Shown: positions 36,108 through 49,699 of the stretch, in pieces
How the letters are laid out: every line of letters begins with the position of its first letter
How positions within the stretch are numbered: position 1 is the first letter of the stretch
Source: Octopus bimaculoides
Taxonomy: Eukaryota
Reading direction: 5' to 3'
Length of the DNA stretch: 55,290 bases
Assembly: GCF_001194135.2 (NCBI RefSeq)
Contig: NC_068985.1
Span: forward strand, 24,874,317-24,929,606
Made by a program: the position numbers and the translations under genes
Notes under the pieces: model-generated
The model's database searches: none
What the model was told of the DNA's origin: nothing
Seen by the model: the letters and a program-made list of their open reading frames with translations, nothing else

Positions 36108-37194
36108 ATGCTAACAATTCTGCCAGTACACCACTTTTGAACAACGAAGACAAAGTAAGTATATTAAATAACATACAAGATAAATTCTTTCAAGAAATTA
36201 TCTCTGCTTTCAGAGATGGTTGAACAATCACTTGGTGGCAAGTGAGACTGACTCAAAATGGAAAAGAGAGATTATCTCAAGAATCGAGAATTCACCAAAA
36301 GTGATATGACATTAAGGAACCAGTCAGACAATCTGGAGACAAAAGTTCGACTGTGGACACAGATTATATATTTTTTTTCCCCTGACATTCCACTAGTTCT
36401 TTCTACTTTATCCTCAACTACTCCCACTTACCCTTATATAATGTGGGTAACCATATATCTCCTCAATAGCTAGACACCTGTGTTTGTTCCACTTTCATAC
36501 TTTAACATTTTAACACCTGGCATAAAGCCACCTCTTACTTCCCCTCAGTAGCAAGAGCTCTTCCTTTTTCTTGTACTTTTTCTTCTTGCAAGTTTATTGG
36601 GCAAATTCATTAGTGTGGGTGGCATGAAAAAAAAAAGCACCCAGTACACTCTGTAGAGCAGTTGGCATTAAGAAGGGCATTCAGCTGTAGAAACCATACC
36701 AAAGCTGACGATGGACATCAAAAGATGATATACAAACACACATGCACACACACACACACACAAAGATACATACATGCACACATATATGACGCACATGAGT
36801 GAGATGCATTTTCTATGATCAGGCGAAGTGAACAAAACTTCCCAATGGGCCAATACTGACCATGTTGATCCTTGAAATGCATGCCAGCATGGTAACTGTA
36901 CAAAAATGATGATGGTGGTGGTGTTAATGTGTACATACCTATATTTATACATACACTCACACACACACACACACGCATAGATACAATGTTTGCAAATAAG
37001 ATGAGATGCTCATAACTGGAATACTTTTGATCCCATTATTTTTTTTCCTTTTACTGGTTTTAGTCATTGGACTGTGGCCATGCTGGGGTATCTTCTCAAA
37101 ATGTTTCAGCCAAACGCATTGACCCCAGTACTTATTCTTTTAAGCCTGTCACTCATTCTAGCAGTCTTCTATGCTGAACCATTAACTTAAGGGG

Positions 37195-38207
37195 ATCATC
37201 ATCATCATCATCATCATCGTTTAACGTCCGCTTTCCATGCTAGCATGGGTTGGACGACTTGACTGAGGACTGGTGAAACCGGATGGCAACACCAGGCTCC
37301 AATCTAAATTTGGCAGAGTTTCTACAGCTGGATGCCCCTCCTAACGCCAACCACTCAGAGAGTGTAGTAGGTGCTTTTACGTGTCACCTGCACGAAGGCC
37401 AGTCAGGCGATACTGGCAACGGCCNNNNNNNNNNNNNNNNNNNNNNNNNNNNNNNNNNNNNNNNNNNNNNNNNNNNNNNNNNNNNNNNNNNNNNNNNNNN
37501 NNNNNNNNNNNNNNNNNNNNNNNNNNNNNNNNNNNNNNNNNNNNNNNNNNNNNNNNNNNNNNNNNNNNNNNNNNNNNNNNNNNNNNNNNNNNNNNNNNNN
37601 NNNNNNNNNNNNNNNNNNNNNNNNNNNNNNNNNNNNNNNNNNNNNNNNNNNNNNNNNNNNNNNNNNNNNNNNNNNNNNNNNNNNNNNNNNNNNNNNNNNN
37701 NNNNNNNNNNNNNNNNNNNNNNNNNNNNNNNNNNNNNNNNNNNNNNNNNNNNNNNNNNNNNNNNNNNNNNNNNNNNNNNNNNNNNNNNNNNNNNNNNNNN
37801 NNNNNNNNNNNNNNNNNNNNNNNNNNNNNNNNNNNNNNNNNNNNNNNNNNNNNNNNNNNNNNNNNNNNNNNNNNNNNNNNNNNNNNNNNNNNNNNNNNNN
37901 NNNNNNNNNNNNNNNNNNNNNNNNNNNNNNNNNNNNNNNNNNNNNNNNNNNNNNNNNNNNNNNNNNNNNNNNNNNNNNNNNNNNNNNNNNNNNNNNNNNN
38001 NNNNNNNNNNNNNNNNNNNNNNNNNNNNNNNNNNNNNNNNNNNNNNNNNNNNNNNNNNNNNNNNNNNNNNNNNNNNNNNNNNNNNNNNNNNNNGAGTCCC
38101 TTAGTCGCCAGCAGGGGTAAGAGCTCTCTAAACTTTGCCCAGACTATTCTTATTCTAGCAGCTACACTTTCAGCGCACCCACCCCCACTACTAACTTGGT
38201 CGCCCAG
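37195..38207 (-). mobile_element. Young 5'-truncated RTE LINE (middle in gap)
   Basis: (CAT)n tail at the left; the right end encodes LGDQVSSGGGCAESVAARIRIVWAKFRELLPLLATKG. Confidence 0.85.
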
Positions 38208-38372
38208 TAAACAAACCAACATTGGTTGTCAAGCAGTGGTTGAGGACAAAGAGACACACACACACACACACACACAAACACATGTATGTGTGTGTGTGTA
38301 TGTGTGTGTATGTGTGTCCCTACTTGTCATCTGTTAATTTTATTATTCGTTTATTTGAATTGACTTTATATA

Positions 38373-38892
38373 CAGTAATTCCTCGACTATAGCGGGTGTT
38401 ACATTCCAACCCCCACTCATGATAGGTGAAAATCTGTGAAGTAGAAACAGTACTGCACTGCATATATTTTATTATTATTTTTATAATTTGTATATATTTA
38501 TTTTATTATAAATGCAAAACAACACCACACCTTCACCTCCCAAGTTTCATTTTCCATACATTATGTGCAATTCTTTATTTACTCATGTACAGTACAGTCT
38601 CTCTCTTTTACTCTTTACACTATATATTTTCTTTTAATATATTTTAATTAATGTGTTAAACAGTGCAGTACTGTACTGTATTTTTATATATCAATTTATT
38701 AATTTTTAGGCGTGAAAATGCTTATTTTACCACAGAAATAATTAAAATCTAAAAAAATATAAATACCTATTGGCCATAGAAACCCACAATATACTGAGGA
38801 GTCTGTGATATAAATTTACATCTATTAACCAGAAAAATCCACGATGTACTGAGGGCGTAATAGGTGAATTGTGATATGGCGACTGGTTACTC
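38373..38892. mobile_element. Tigger/pogo-like MITE; partial copies 538-700 and 21286-21395
   Basis: TA|CAGTAATTCCTCGACTATAGCG ... GCGACTGGTTACTC|TA termini; AT-rich interior shared with the other copies. Confidence 0.7.
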
Positions 38893-39918
38893 TATGTGTG
38901 TGTGTGTGTATACACACACACACGCATGCACCCATGCACACACACACACACACCTCAGTTTCCATCTATCAAATCTTCTCACAAGGTTTTGACTGGCTCG
39001 AGGCTAAAATAGAAGGTGCAACATAGTGGGACTGAACTCAGAACCATATGGTTGAGAGGCAAACTTCTTAACAAGTGCTTATCTTGGGACTAAACAGAAA
39101 CAAAAACAAAACAGGTCTTACATAACTTGTTCCACTCCAAATAGTGAAATCTTCACAAAGAACATACTTAAAACAAATATTAACATTAATTCATTCTAAC
39201 CTCATTTACTGTCACATTTATTCATAATTTTCCTATTTCATTTATTCATATATATATTTTTTTTTTTTACCAGTAATCAAAAGAAAGACATGATTAAAGA
39301 AAATATGTTGGTAAAATTTCTATAAATGTCAACTTTTAATTAGTTCTAAATCAGTAGTATTTAAAATGTAATTTGCTAGTATTTATAATTACCACCTAAA
39401 AACTAAAAGATTACGTTTTCTGGGTGCGCATGAGTATTGTACTACAGTAAACACAGAAAATTCTCAAAAATATTTAAATAGTATTTAAAAGTGAAGTCTG
39501 AGCTTAATATAGATTCTATTACTTATGACAAAAAACACTTAAAAGAGAGCACAAGAAAGTCACAATATCCTTATTCATTCCCTCTAAAATTAGTTTTTTT
39601 ATGCCCATGAGTTTTTTGGGTTTTTTGGGGTTTTTTTTTTTTTCATTTTTGCAAAGTGAAAGTGTAGATTTGATGGTATTAACCCAAAAGCTTGTACTGA
39701 ACAAATTTCTGGGTCAATTCTACAAGTTCAAATTTTGCTAAGGGCAACTTTGCTTCTGCCCACTTTATATCATTTAATGTCCATTTTCCATATATATATA
39801 TAAAAACTATTTCTGTATAATTATATATTCATATTAATTTTTACCTATATGGTTTTTATTACAGGCTGGCCACTGATAAGATCATTAATTCATTTTATCC
39901 TTAATTATATGTGTTTGT

Positions 39919-39959
<41 letters not shown>

Positions 39960-40533
39960 CACACACACACATACATGTATATCATCATTTAGCATCTGTT
40001 GTCCATGCTGGCATGGGTTGGATGGTTTGACCAGAACTGGCAAGCTGAGGGGCTACTCCAGTCTGATTTAGCATGGTTTCTACAGCTGGATACCTTTATA
40101 CATACATACATACATACATACATTCCTCTCAACAGCTAGTTTTGAAGACAAGACAGCCTACAATCTACAATGTATTATTTTCCTAAAATGTCAGTCAGCT
40201 TATCACCCATGCTGCTTGTTTTTAGATCTAAAACATCCTTGGAAAGTGTTTTTGCTTACTAGTATGATAGATAATCACAGATAAGTACAAATTTTCCAAA
40301 TCATCATATTACATGTTGGATCCTGTCATATGTGTAAACAACTGACAATTTACTGCACTAATATGTTGGGTGAGAAAAAAAAGTTTCCACAAATACATAA
40401 GCTCAGAAAATTGCCTTTTAAATTGAAATTTTATGATTAGATACCCCAATATTTGCATATTCACTTTTGGTTTGTCAAGGCTTTTAGAGTGTTTTCGTTT
40501 TGTCATTTTTAATCAGTTACAAATGCTGCTAAT

Positions 40534-41350
40534 ATCATCATCATCATCATCATCATCATCGTTTAACGTCCGCTTTCCATGCTAGCATGGGTTGGACGAT
40601 TTGACTGAGGACTGGTGAAACCGGATGGCAACACCAGGCTCCAATCTAATTTGGCAGAGTTTCTACAGCTGGATGCCCTTCCTAACACCAACCACTCAGA
40701 GAGTGTAGTGGGTGCTTTTACGTGTCACCCGCACGAAAACGGCCACGTTCGAAATGGTGTCTTTTATGTGCCNNNNNNNNNNNNNNNNNNNNNNNNNNNN
40801 NNNNNNNNNNNNNNNNNNNNNNNNNNNNNNNNNNNNNNNNNNNNNNNNNNNNNNNNNNNNNNNNNNNNNNNNNNNNNNNNNNNNNNNNNNNNNNNNNNNN
40901 NNNNNNNNNNNNNNNNNNNNNNNNNNNNNNNNNNNNNNNNNNNNNNNNNNNNNNNNNNNNNNNNNNNNNNNNNNNNNNNNNNNNNNNNNNNNNNNNNNNN
41001 NNNNNNNNNNNNNNNNNNNNNNNNNNNNNNNNNNNNNNNNNNNNNNNNNNNNNNNNNNNNNNNNNNNNNNNNNNNNNNNNNNNNNNNNNNNNNNNNNNNN
41101 NNNNNNNNNNNNNNNNNNNNNNNNNNNNNNNNNNNNNNNNNNNNNNNNNNNNNNNNNNNNNNNNNNNNNNNNNNNNNNNNNNNNNNNNNNNNNNNNNNNN
41201 NNNNGCCAGCAGGGGTAAGAGCTCTCTAAACTTTGCCCAGGCTATTCTTATTCTAGCAGCTACACTTTCAGCGCACCCACCCCCACTACTAACTTGGTCG
41301 CCCAGATAGTGAAAGCTATCGACTACCTCTAGTTTTTCACCCTGGAATGA
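40534..41350 (-). mobile_element. Young 5'-truncated RTE LINE (middle in gap), same family as 37195-38207
   Basis: (CAT)n tail; the right end encodes FQGEKLEVVDSFHYLGDQVSSGGGCAESVAARIRIAWAKF. Confidence 0.85.
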
Positions 41351-41644
41351 GATAGAATATATATATACTATTTTGTAATCATGAACCTATTAATGTGAAT
41401 GTAAATATATTTGTCAGACAAGTAAAATATCTGTTTATCTAGCTAGCTGATTACTTAGCAACCCAGTTGCAAATCTGCAACAAGCAACAACTTACCATGC
41501 TGGATAAAAAGACATGTCTGATCTATGCAAGCATGGAAAAATGTACAAACACACAGGCAGATGGGTAAAAAGTTGTGTATCAATCCACTGGATAAAATTT
41601 CTCTAACATATCCAAACATATCTTATTTTTTCTCAATTAGAACA

Positions 41645-41785
41645 ATAGAAACCATACTCTTATAGGATGCACCACATGGACTCTAAGAGGAAAGAAAACT
41701 AAGTGGAACATACACAAGACTTCTGAGAGCAACACTTAACATCAAATGGCAGTCCTATATAACAAACAAGAATATTTTTACAGTA
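41645..41785 (+). mobile_element. Fragment of a second RTE-clade LINE
   Basis: ETILL(fs)GCTTWTL...KLSGTYTRLLRATLNIKWQSYITNK resembles the RTE post-RT region. Confidence 0.6.
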
Positions 41786-41789
41786 ATGT

Positions 41790-42395
41790 GCGTGAGAAGA
41801 CCCGGCAAGCCAAGTGAGACCTAAATCCAAGGCCTCTGCCAGGGATGTAGCCAGCCCACTTATGCATACCTTTCTTTCTTTGGACACTAAACTCCGCTTG
41901 CGAAGACCTGTTGAGGCAAGTGAAATCGAAATCGAAATCGAACTAAATTCGACAACTGGCACCCATGCCAACGTCATCTCCTTCATTGGACACATAACTC
42001 AGCTTGCAAAGACTTATTGGGGTAAGCGAAAGCAAAATCGGGATGGCACCTGTGCCCAGCGTCGCCTATCTGGCACTTGTGCCCGTGGCATGTGCAAGGA
42101 CTTTCAAGCGAGATCGTTGCCAGTGCCCCCGGACTGGCTCTTGTGCGGGTGGCACATAAAATACACCATTTGAGTGTGGCCATTGCCAGTACCGCCTGAC
42201 TGGCCTTCGTGCCGGTGGCACATAAAAGCACCCACTGCACTCTTGGAGTGGTTGGCGTCAGGAAGGGCATCCAGCTGTAGAAACTCTGCCAAATCAGATT
42301 GAAGCCTGGTGAAGCCATCTGGTTTCACCAGTCCTCAGTCAAATCGTCCAACCCATACTAGCATGGAAAGCGGACGTTAAACAATGATGATGATA
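41790..42395 (+). mobile_element. RTE LINE long 3' UTR with (GAT)n tail
   Basis: Same terminal block as the other RTE copies, plus about 350 bp of upstream UTR. Confidence 0.8.
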
Positions 42396-43614
42396 ATCTT
42401 CCAAGAGTTACTTCCAGTATAAAGGAAAGAAGACCGAGATTCTGGGGACATTGCTTTCCCAGCAAGGATGAGGTGTTGAGTCAAATGCTGATGTGGTAAA
42501 CAAAGCATAGAAAGCAATCTAGGGATCTTCTGAAGAGCAACCTACCAAGAGCAATGCAGGAGAAGAAATTCTGGTGGCAAGAGGTTGATAGCATTTATCT
42601 GTATACAACACAATGATGATGAAAACAAACAGAAGAAGAAGAAAAAAAGGAGGGATAAATTTAAATATGAACATGAGAAAATGAGTTAAAAAGAGTTAAA
42701 ATATAATTTTCAGAATAAATGTTGCCAGTACTAAAGTCTATGAAGATTCTGAGATAGATAAGAGACATAGCGGATGTGGTAAATATCTCTGGTATATCAA
42801 CGTTGAATTACCAACAAGGATCATTTACTTCCTAAATCAACTGATAATTACATAAGTGAACTTAATTATTAAGTGTACTTAATAATTACAACTTTGCAAC
42901 AATTAAGGGCATTACACTGTGTGTGTGTGTGTGTGTACACAGGTGTGTGCAAGAATGATAAACAGTTTTTGCTGTATCTGTATTATAATGTGCATGTTGT
43001 TTACTTCCAAGTTAACTCTGATCTAGCAGACATACAACGAAAGGCATTCTTCTTATAACTATTCTGTCATTTTAGGTTTATCTAAGACTCATTATCCAAT
43101 GTGTATGTATTTCTTTTTAAGACTGCGAGGTGATATCTGAAGGGAATTTGGCTGTTATTTCTAGCAGGTCAAGTGACCATAGTTGTGTCCTCTTAGAAAT
43201 ATTGCCACAAGGACAGTACGGAGGAGGGCACTTAATGTTTAAAGAGGTTGTGGTTTAATTTAGAAAAATGTTTAAACCAGTTACAATATTTATATTAACG
43301 AACAACTCGTCAGAATTTTAAATCGACAAAGTTATTTTTAAAATCTTTGTTGAAAATAGAATATGAGAAAGATATCACATCATCAGCAAGTAAAGACATG
43401 AGTGATGATGCACCAAGGACCAATATAATCTCATTATGCAAGGCACAGGTAGAGGTGTGCAGGTAAGAAGTTTGATTCCCAGCCAAGTGATTTTGGGTTC
43501 AATTCCACAGTGCAGCACCTTGGGCAAGTGTCATCTACTGTAACTTCAGGCCTTGTTAGTAGATTTGATAGTACGAAACTGAAAGAAGCCCAGTGTGTAT
43601 GTGTGTATATATGT

Positions 43615-44800
43615 GTACAGGTAGGCATTCATCAGGGTTTGGTTCTAAGTCTCCTCCTATTCTTCATTCTATTCCAGGCCATAACAGAGCAATTCAAGAC
43701 TGGCTGCCCTTGAGAACTGCTATAATTTAATGATCCTGTTCTCACAGTAGAATCTGTAACAGAATTCATCAGCAGTAAATTACTCAGATACATTAACTTG
43801 TATCTGAGTAATTCATTTGTAGCAAGTGATTCAGCCTCTTCATCTTGACGGGCGAAGAGGATGCCAGGTCAAGGACAGTACTGAAGAGCTGGGGGCATTT
43901 ATCACAAGGGAGGGTTGGCAAGGATCAAGGAACTAGAAAACAGAACTAGAAAAAAAATTTCAGGCATGGGAGCAAAACCTGGAATCAAAGGGTCTTAAGG
44001 TTCACTTAGCAACGATCATGGTTCTAATAGGCCAGAAAACAGATAGGATCTTACCCACTTCAGTTAAATGGTACCGTTCAACGTGTAGGAAAGGTGCAGG
44101 CAGGAATTCCATACAGTGTACCCAATTAAAGCCAAGGACACACAAGATGTGCAGTGGAATAATAGGAAGGTTAACAGAGAAAGTAGTGATTGTATGTGGA
44201 AGTTGCACAGGAGCCATATAGTTTACAGATGCACAAGAAATTGATTTTCACAAATGCCCGAGAGCAAGGATTTTCAAACTGTGGTCCGCGGACTACAGGG
44301 GGTCCGCAAGGAGATGACAGGGAGTCCGTGGACAGCGAATAGTTTTTATGGGCAATTTGATTTTATATATGTTTTTTAATCGAAATCTTTTAATTGACAA
44401 TAAACCTATTTGTTAAATACTGTTAAATAAATAAATGTAAAAATATGTTATTTTAAGTAAATATTTATGTTTAAATTTCATAAGCGTTTATAAGGGGGTC
44501 CCTAAGGTAAAGCCTGAAATATAAAGGGGTCCGCAAGTCAAAAAGTTTGAAAACCCAGTGGATAATTTCTGCTACGTAGCTGACTTAATTAGCAGTGGAG
44601 GAGGATGTACAGGAAGTGTAATTACAAGAATAAGAATAGGATGGAGAAAATTCAAAAAGCTTTTATCTCTGTTGGCAACCAAAGGTTTCTCTCTATGACT
44701 GAAAGGGAGCTTGTATGATGAAAGTATGAACTGTAGTTCTACATTGTAGTGAGATGTGGGCTCTGAATGCAGAGGAAACATGTCTGGAAACAGTGAGGGC
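43615..44800 (+). mobile_element. Decayed RTE LINE reverse transcriptase, interrupted by two insertions (43765-43938, 44265-44560)
   Basis: VGIHQGLVLSLLLF (QGS.LSP motif), ESVTE|LEKKFQAWEQNLESKGLKV, Cys-rich insert, DNFCYVADLISSGGGC...RIRIGWRKF. Confidence 0.85.
44265..44560. mobile_element. hAT-like MITE
   Basis: Imperfect TIRs CAAGGATTTTCAAACT / AGTTTGAAAACCC; subterminal GGGGGTCCGC motifs; interrupts RTE coding. Confidence 0.65.
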
Positions 44801-45439
44801 TGGCAACAGGAATGGCAGACTACAGTAGAAAAGTGTCTCAATAAACTCCCTCAGACCCATGCAAGCATGGAAACATGGACGTTAAATAATGTTGACGATG
44901 AGGAGTCCTCACCTTCTTTAGTGATTCCCATAAAAATTTAGCACAGAAAGCATTAAGCTGACACAGATAACTGGAAAGAGGCACATGTTGAACGAGATTC
45001 TGTATGAGAATATAGATAATGAACCCACTATGCGAAATTAGGTCCCATTTCATTAAAATAATCTGCTTTTCTTATTTTCATAAAACATGGAGAATGGATA
45101 TTTGAAAAACAACATTCAGCAAAAGGGGGCACTGAACTATAAAGGCTCCCTTGTTAGCGTGTGTGTGTGTGTGTGTGTGTGTGCGTGCGTATGTGTTGTG
45201 TGTGCGTGTCTATGTGTATTGCATGCATGTGTGTTGTGTGTGTGTATGTGTGCTGTGTGTGTGTGTGTGCGTATGTGTGTGTGCATATGTGTTGTGTGTA
45301 TGTGTATGTGTATTGTGTGTATGCGTATTGGATGTGCAAGAATGTGTTTTTGCTGGTGTTTAGGTCAACCCTTCTTGAGCAAAACCTATAATCAGAATTC
45401 TAGCCATGACCAGCTTGACTTTGTTTCAGGTTCTGTATC

Positions 45440-45695
45440 ACAGAGAATATTATCAAAAATATCTCTGTTTTCTGAGACAGTAGGCTGTGATTTGAAAGAA
45501 CTTGGCTATTTCTAGAAAATAATAACCACAACATTATCAAAAATGACTTTCTTTTTCTAAGATTGTAGGGTGTGAACTGCAAGAATTTAGCTACTATTTC
45601 GAGAAAACAGCAGCCACAACATCAACAAATATGTCTTTACCATTTCTAAGACAGTAGAGTGTGATTTGAGAGAACTTGGCTGCTATTTCTAGAGA
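45440..45695. repeat. Tandem repeat of about 87 bp, about 3 copies
   Basis: Units start TTCT(A/G)AGA at 45470, 45555 and 45644. Each contains the GTGTGATTTG...GGCTGCTATTTCTAG motif that is dispersed elsewhere (13516, 22865, 43130). Confidence 0.75.
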
Positions 45696-46842
45696 ATTAA
45701 GTAACCTGATAAAAATTGTTGTTGGGTTCTTTATTAGCTAGTAAATTCTAATGGTAACCAGAGTGGAGGTAAATAAGGAGAAGTTGAGTAGAGCACAACA
45801 ACTGCCATTCTTCTTAACTTATTGGTGTTGTACATTCCAGTAGCATATTTAGGTTACTGACACTATAAAAACAACTGCTATCATTTGTATGTGTGTGTTT
45901 GTCTTTTATGTTTTTCTAAACCTCTTTTAAAGCGACTTCTACCAAAGGTTCCAGGATTTTGGGTTTCTGTGAAATAGGATGTCTATTGACATAATTTAAT
46001 AAAAACTGGCCAGCAAGCCACTACAGGGAATTGAACTTTGCATCTCTCAAATTCCGGCTGAGTGCTCTGTACCATTAAGTTAAGAGACCCCCTAATAAAA
46101 TTATTTATATACAATAGGTTTCTTTCAGTTTCCACTTTCTAAATCCACTTACACTACTTTGGTAGGATCGAGACTATAGTAAAAAGCACCTGCCCTAAGG
46201 TGCTGTACAGTGGAATTGAACCTAAAGCTATGTGGTTGAGAAGCAAGCTTCTAAACCACACAGCTATGCCTGTGCCAACTGTGCCCATGTTTCATATAAT
46301 TCATAACAAGAGAACCTCTATGTGGTCACTTGAATTGAGTAGAAATAGAACCCAAAGTTCTCCAAAACCATAGAAGAACCAAGTGGATTAAAAGCAGTTC
46401 TGAATACACTCAGCTTAAGGGGAAAAATATCACAAAGTCAGAAACACTCTTCAAATGGTGTCTGATTGTGTCATGTGATAAGAGTTTGTAAGATATGCAT
46501 GCACATGGTCTTGATTTAGGTATTGTGTTCTTGTTACAGTCATTGTTCAGCACCAGGTCAGTCTTGCTCAAGCAAACACATGATCAAAACAAATGTTCTA
46601 TTTATTAGTCAGATTTTTTTTTTTATTCAGACACAGGTCTGAGAAACAGGCATAAGCAAATGGTTAATAAGTTCATTTCCCAATCTCAGGTTGAGTAATA
46701 ACTTGTGAGTAAAATAATATGATTGACAGAAACTGTATAGAAATCCAACTCTTCGAAATGCTTAGTTTTAGAATGGTGGCAGCTGATGAAGGAAATGTTC
46801 TCTATGTGGCCTGTGTGTTTTCTGTACTGTTTNNNNNNNNNN

Positions 46843-46875
<33 letters not shown>

Positions 46876-47100
46876 TTGTTATCATTTAGAATCCATTTTC
46901 CATGCTGGCATAAGTTAGACGGTTTGACTGGAACTGGAAAACTGCACCAGGCTCCAGTCTGTATTGGCTTGCTTTCTATAGCTGAATGCCCTTCCTAACA
47001 CTGACCACTCCACAGAGTAAACTGAGTGTCTTATGTGACAACAACACTGGCCATATATGTATAAGGTCTAAAATCAAAGGGCCTTATTCGTTAAAGTCCT

Positions 47101-48540
47101 CCAGGCAATAACAGAGGGATTTAAGACAGGCTACCCCTAGGAGCTCGTCTACGCTGATGACCTTGCTCTAATAGCCGAGTCACTGCCAGAACTTGAGATG
47201 AAGTTTAGGGTGTGGAAGCAAGGTCTAGAATTGAAGGGCCTTAGAGTTAACCTAACAAAAACTAAAGTCTTGGTAAGTAGGAAGGCTAACAAATCACAAA
47301 CCCCTTCAGATAGATGGCCCTGCTCGATCTGTAGAAAAGGCGTGGGTAGAAACTCCATACGATGTACCCAGTGTAAGCTATCGACACATAAAAGGTACAG
47401 CACTATCCAAGGAAGGTTAATTGGGAAGATAGATTTTTTGTGTGTGGCAGATGCACAGGGGCAATAAACACTGAAGATGTAAAGAAAACAGATCCCATCA
47501 TATGCCAGGGGGGAAAAACTAGTAGTAGTTAATAGATTCCACTAGCTTGACAACCAAGTCTGCAGTGGGGGTGGTTGCTCTGAGAGTGTAGCAGCTAGAG
47601 TAAGAATAGCTTGGGCAAAGTTCAGAGAGATCCTACCTCTGCTGGCAACTAAGGGCCTCTCCCTTAGGATGAAAGGTAGACTGTATGATGTATGTGTGCA
47701 AACTGCCATGCTACACAGCAGTGAAACATGGGCCATGACTGCTGAGGACATGCGTAGGCTTGAAAGAAATGAAGCTAGTATGATTCACTGGATGTGTAAT
47801 GTCAGTATGCATACACAACAAAATGTAAGTGCCCTGAGAGAAAAGTTGGACATAAGAAGCATCAAATGTGGTGTGCAAGTGAGATGAATGCGCTGGTATG
47901 GTCATGTGTTGTATATGGATGAGGACAGCTGTGTGAGGAAGTACCACTCCCTAACTGTGGAAGGAACCTGTGCAAGAGGCAGACTCAGGAAGACATGGGA
48001 TGAAGTGGTGAAGAATGACCTTCGAATGTTGAGCCTTACAAAGGCAATGACAGGAGACCAAGACCTTTAGCGATATGCTGTGCTTGAGAAAACCTGTCAA
48101 GCCAAGTGAAATCATAGTCATGGCTGATGCTGGTGTCATTTAACTGGCACCCATGCTGGTGGCATGTAAAAAGCATCTTTCTAGCATTGGGTCTCCCAGA
48201 GGCAAAGTAGCTGAGCTCCTTTCAAGTGTTGGGCCTCACAGAGGCAATGACCAAAACCTTTGGCATTATGTCATGCTTGAGAAGAAGACGCATCAAGCCA
48301 AATAAAATAGCAGTCATGGAAGATACCGGTGTCATGCAAATGGCACCTGTGCCAGTGGCACATAAAAACACCCATTACACTCTCGGAGTGGTTGGCGTTA
48401 GGATGGGCAACCAGCCATAGAAACCATGCCAAACCAGACTGGAGTCTAGTGCAGCCTTCCAGCTTGCTAGCCCTGATCAAACCGTCCAACCCATACCAGC
48501 ATGGACAACAGACATTAAATGATGGTGATGATGATATGCA
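47101..48540 (+). mobile_element. Decayed RTE LINE: RT C-terminal half plus 3' UTR
   Basis: YADDL motif at about 47150, KGLRVNLTKTKV, PHD-like Cys cluster, SETWAMT..DMRRLERNEASM, RWYGHV, RGRLRKTWDEVV; stops and frameshifts. Confidence 0.92.
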
Positions 48541-49699
48541 GCTATAGAAACCATGCAAAAGCTGACACTGGAGCTCAATACAGCCCCGGAGCTCACTGGA
48601 TCCTGTCAAACCATCCAAGCTATACCAACATGGAAAACAGACATTAAATTATAAGCTTGTACTAGGTGGTACATTATCAGTAGCACTCACACATAACCTG
48701 GTATTTCCAGTTGCTATGAAACAGCTTGAAAATGAAGCAAGGACCTTCACAAATAGAGACCTTGACAACATTGAAATCTGTTAAAGGCAGTACTAGTTTA
48801 TTAAGCAAACCAAGTGATAAAAGAAAATTTATTACTATTAACATGTATGAATCATTATCATTAAAGGGCAATGGACAGACAGAATTGTTAGAGTATCAGA
48901 CAAAATACCTTTGCAGTGTTATACATTTTGTGTTCAAGTCCCCACTGCAGACAAATTTTGCCTTACATCCTTCCAAGGTCAATAAAGTACGAGTCAAGTA
49001 CTGAGATCGATTTAATTAACTAATGTCGCCTTCCTTCTATGTCATGACCTTGTGCCTATGTTAGAAATCATCATCTAATATTCATTGTCCATGATGGCAT
49101 GGGTTGGATGACTTGACAGGATCCAGTAAACCACAGGGTTCCTATGACAATTTTGGCATGGTTTCTATGGCTGGATGCCCTTCCAAACATCAACCACTTT
49201 ACAGTGTATACTAGCTGCTTCTTTCATCCTACTGGCTCAAGTGAGATTGGCAAGTAACTCATAAGACAAGAATAAGGAAAGGAAGAGGCCCTCTTGACTA
49301 GGTGAGAGAAGTATTTGAGAAGAGGAGGTAGCTTTATGCCAAATGAAGACAAGAATTGGTAACACAATGGATAAAATGTCTTGAGCTGTTACACATCTTT
49401 ACATTGTGAATTCAAATCTAGTCAGGACCGATATTGTTTTTCATCATTCAGTGGTTATTAACCACATAAGTACCATTAATCTTTTGTGAGTTCATGAAAT
49501 GGACTGTATTCGTATTTACCAATAAATTTGAGGCATCTTACCAATATTAGAAATCTTTATTACCATTATTATAATTTTGCTGTTACACAATACTGATCAT
49601 GTGAATGTTTTTTTTTTTTTGTAATTCCTCTTTCACAATTCACGGTCTTGGATGAGAAACCTCTTTGTTCTTCCTCCAGATGAGGTCATTTAATGCTTG

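Noticed and set aside
443-41309. Long ORFs of 150-320 aa in the ORF track
   Set aside because: They stay open only because they cross N-gaps (X runs); the flanks are microsatellite or repeat.
2850-45515. Low-complexity ORFs (YIYI, HTHT, CVCV, SLSL, poly-M/D)
   Set aside because: Translations of di- and trinucleotide microsatellites.
46750-46815. CTGATGA at 46783 with upstream CGAAAT
   Set aside because: I could not build consistent stems II and III in any hammerhead topology; adjacent to a gap.
48710-48785. VAMKQL kinase-like peptide
   Set aside because: In-frame stop 25 codons in, no donor site and no other kinase motifs in the window.
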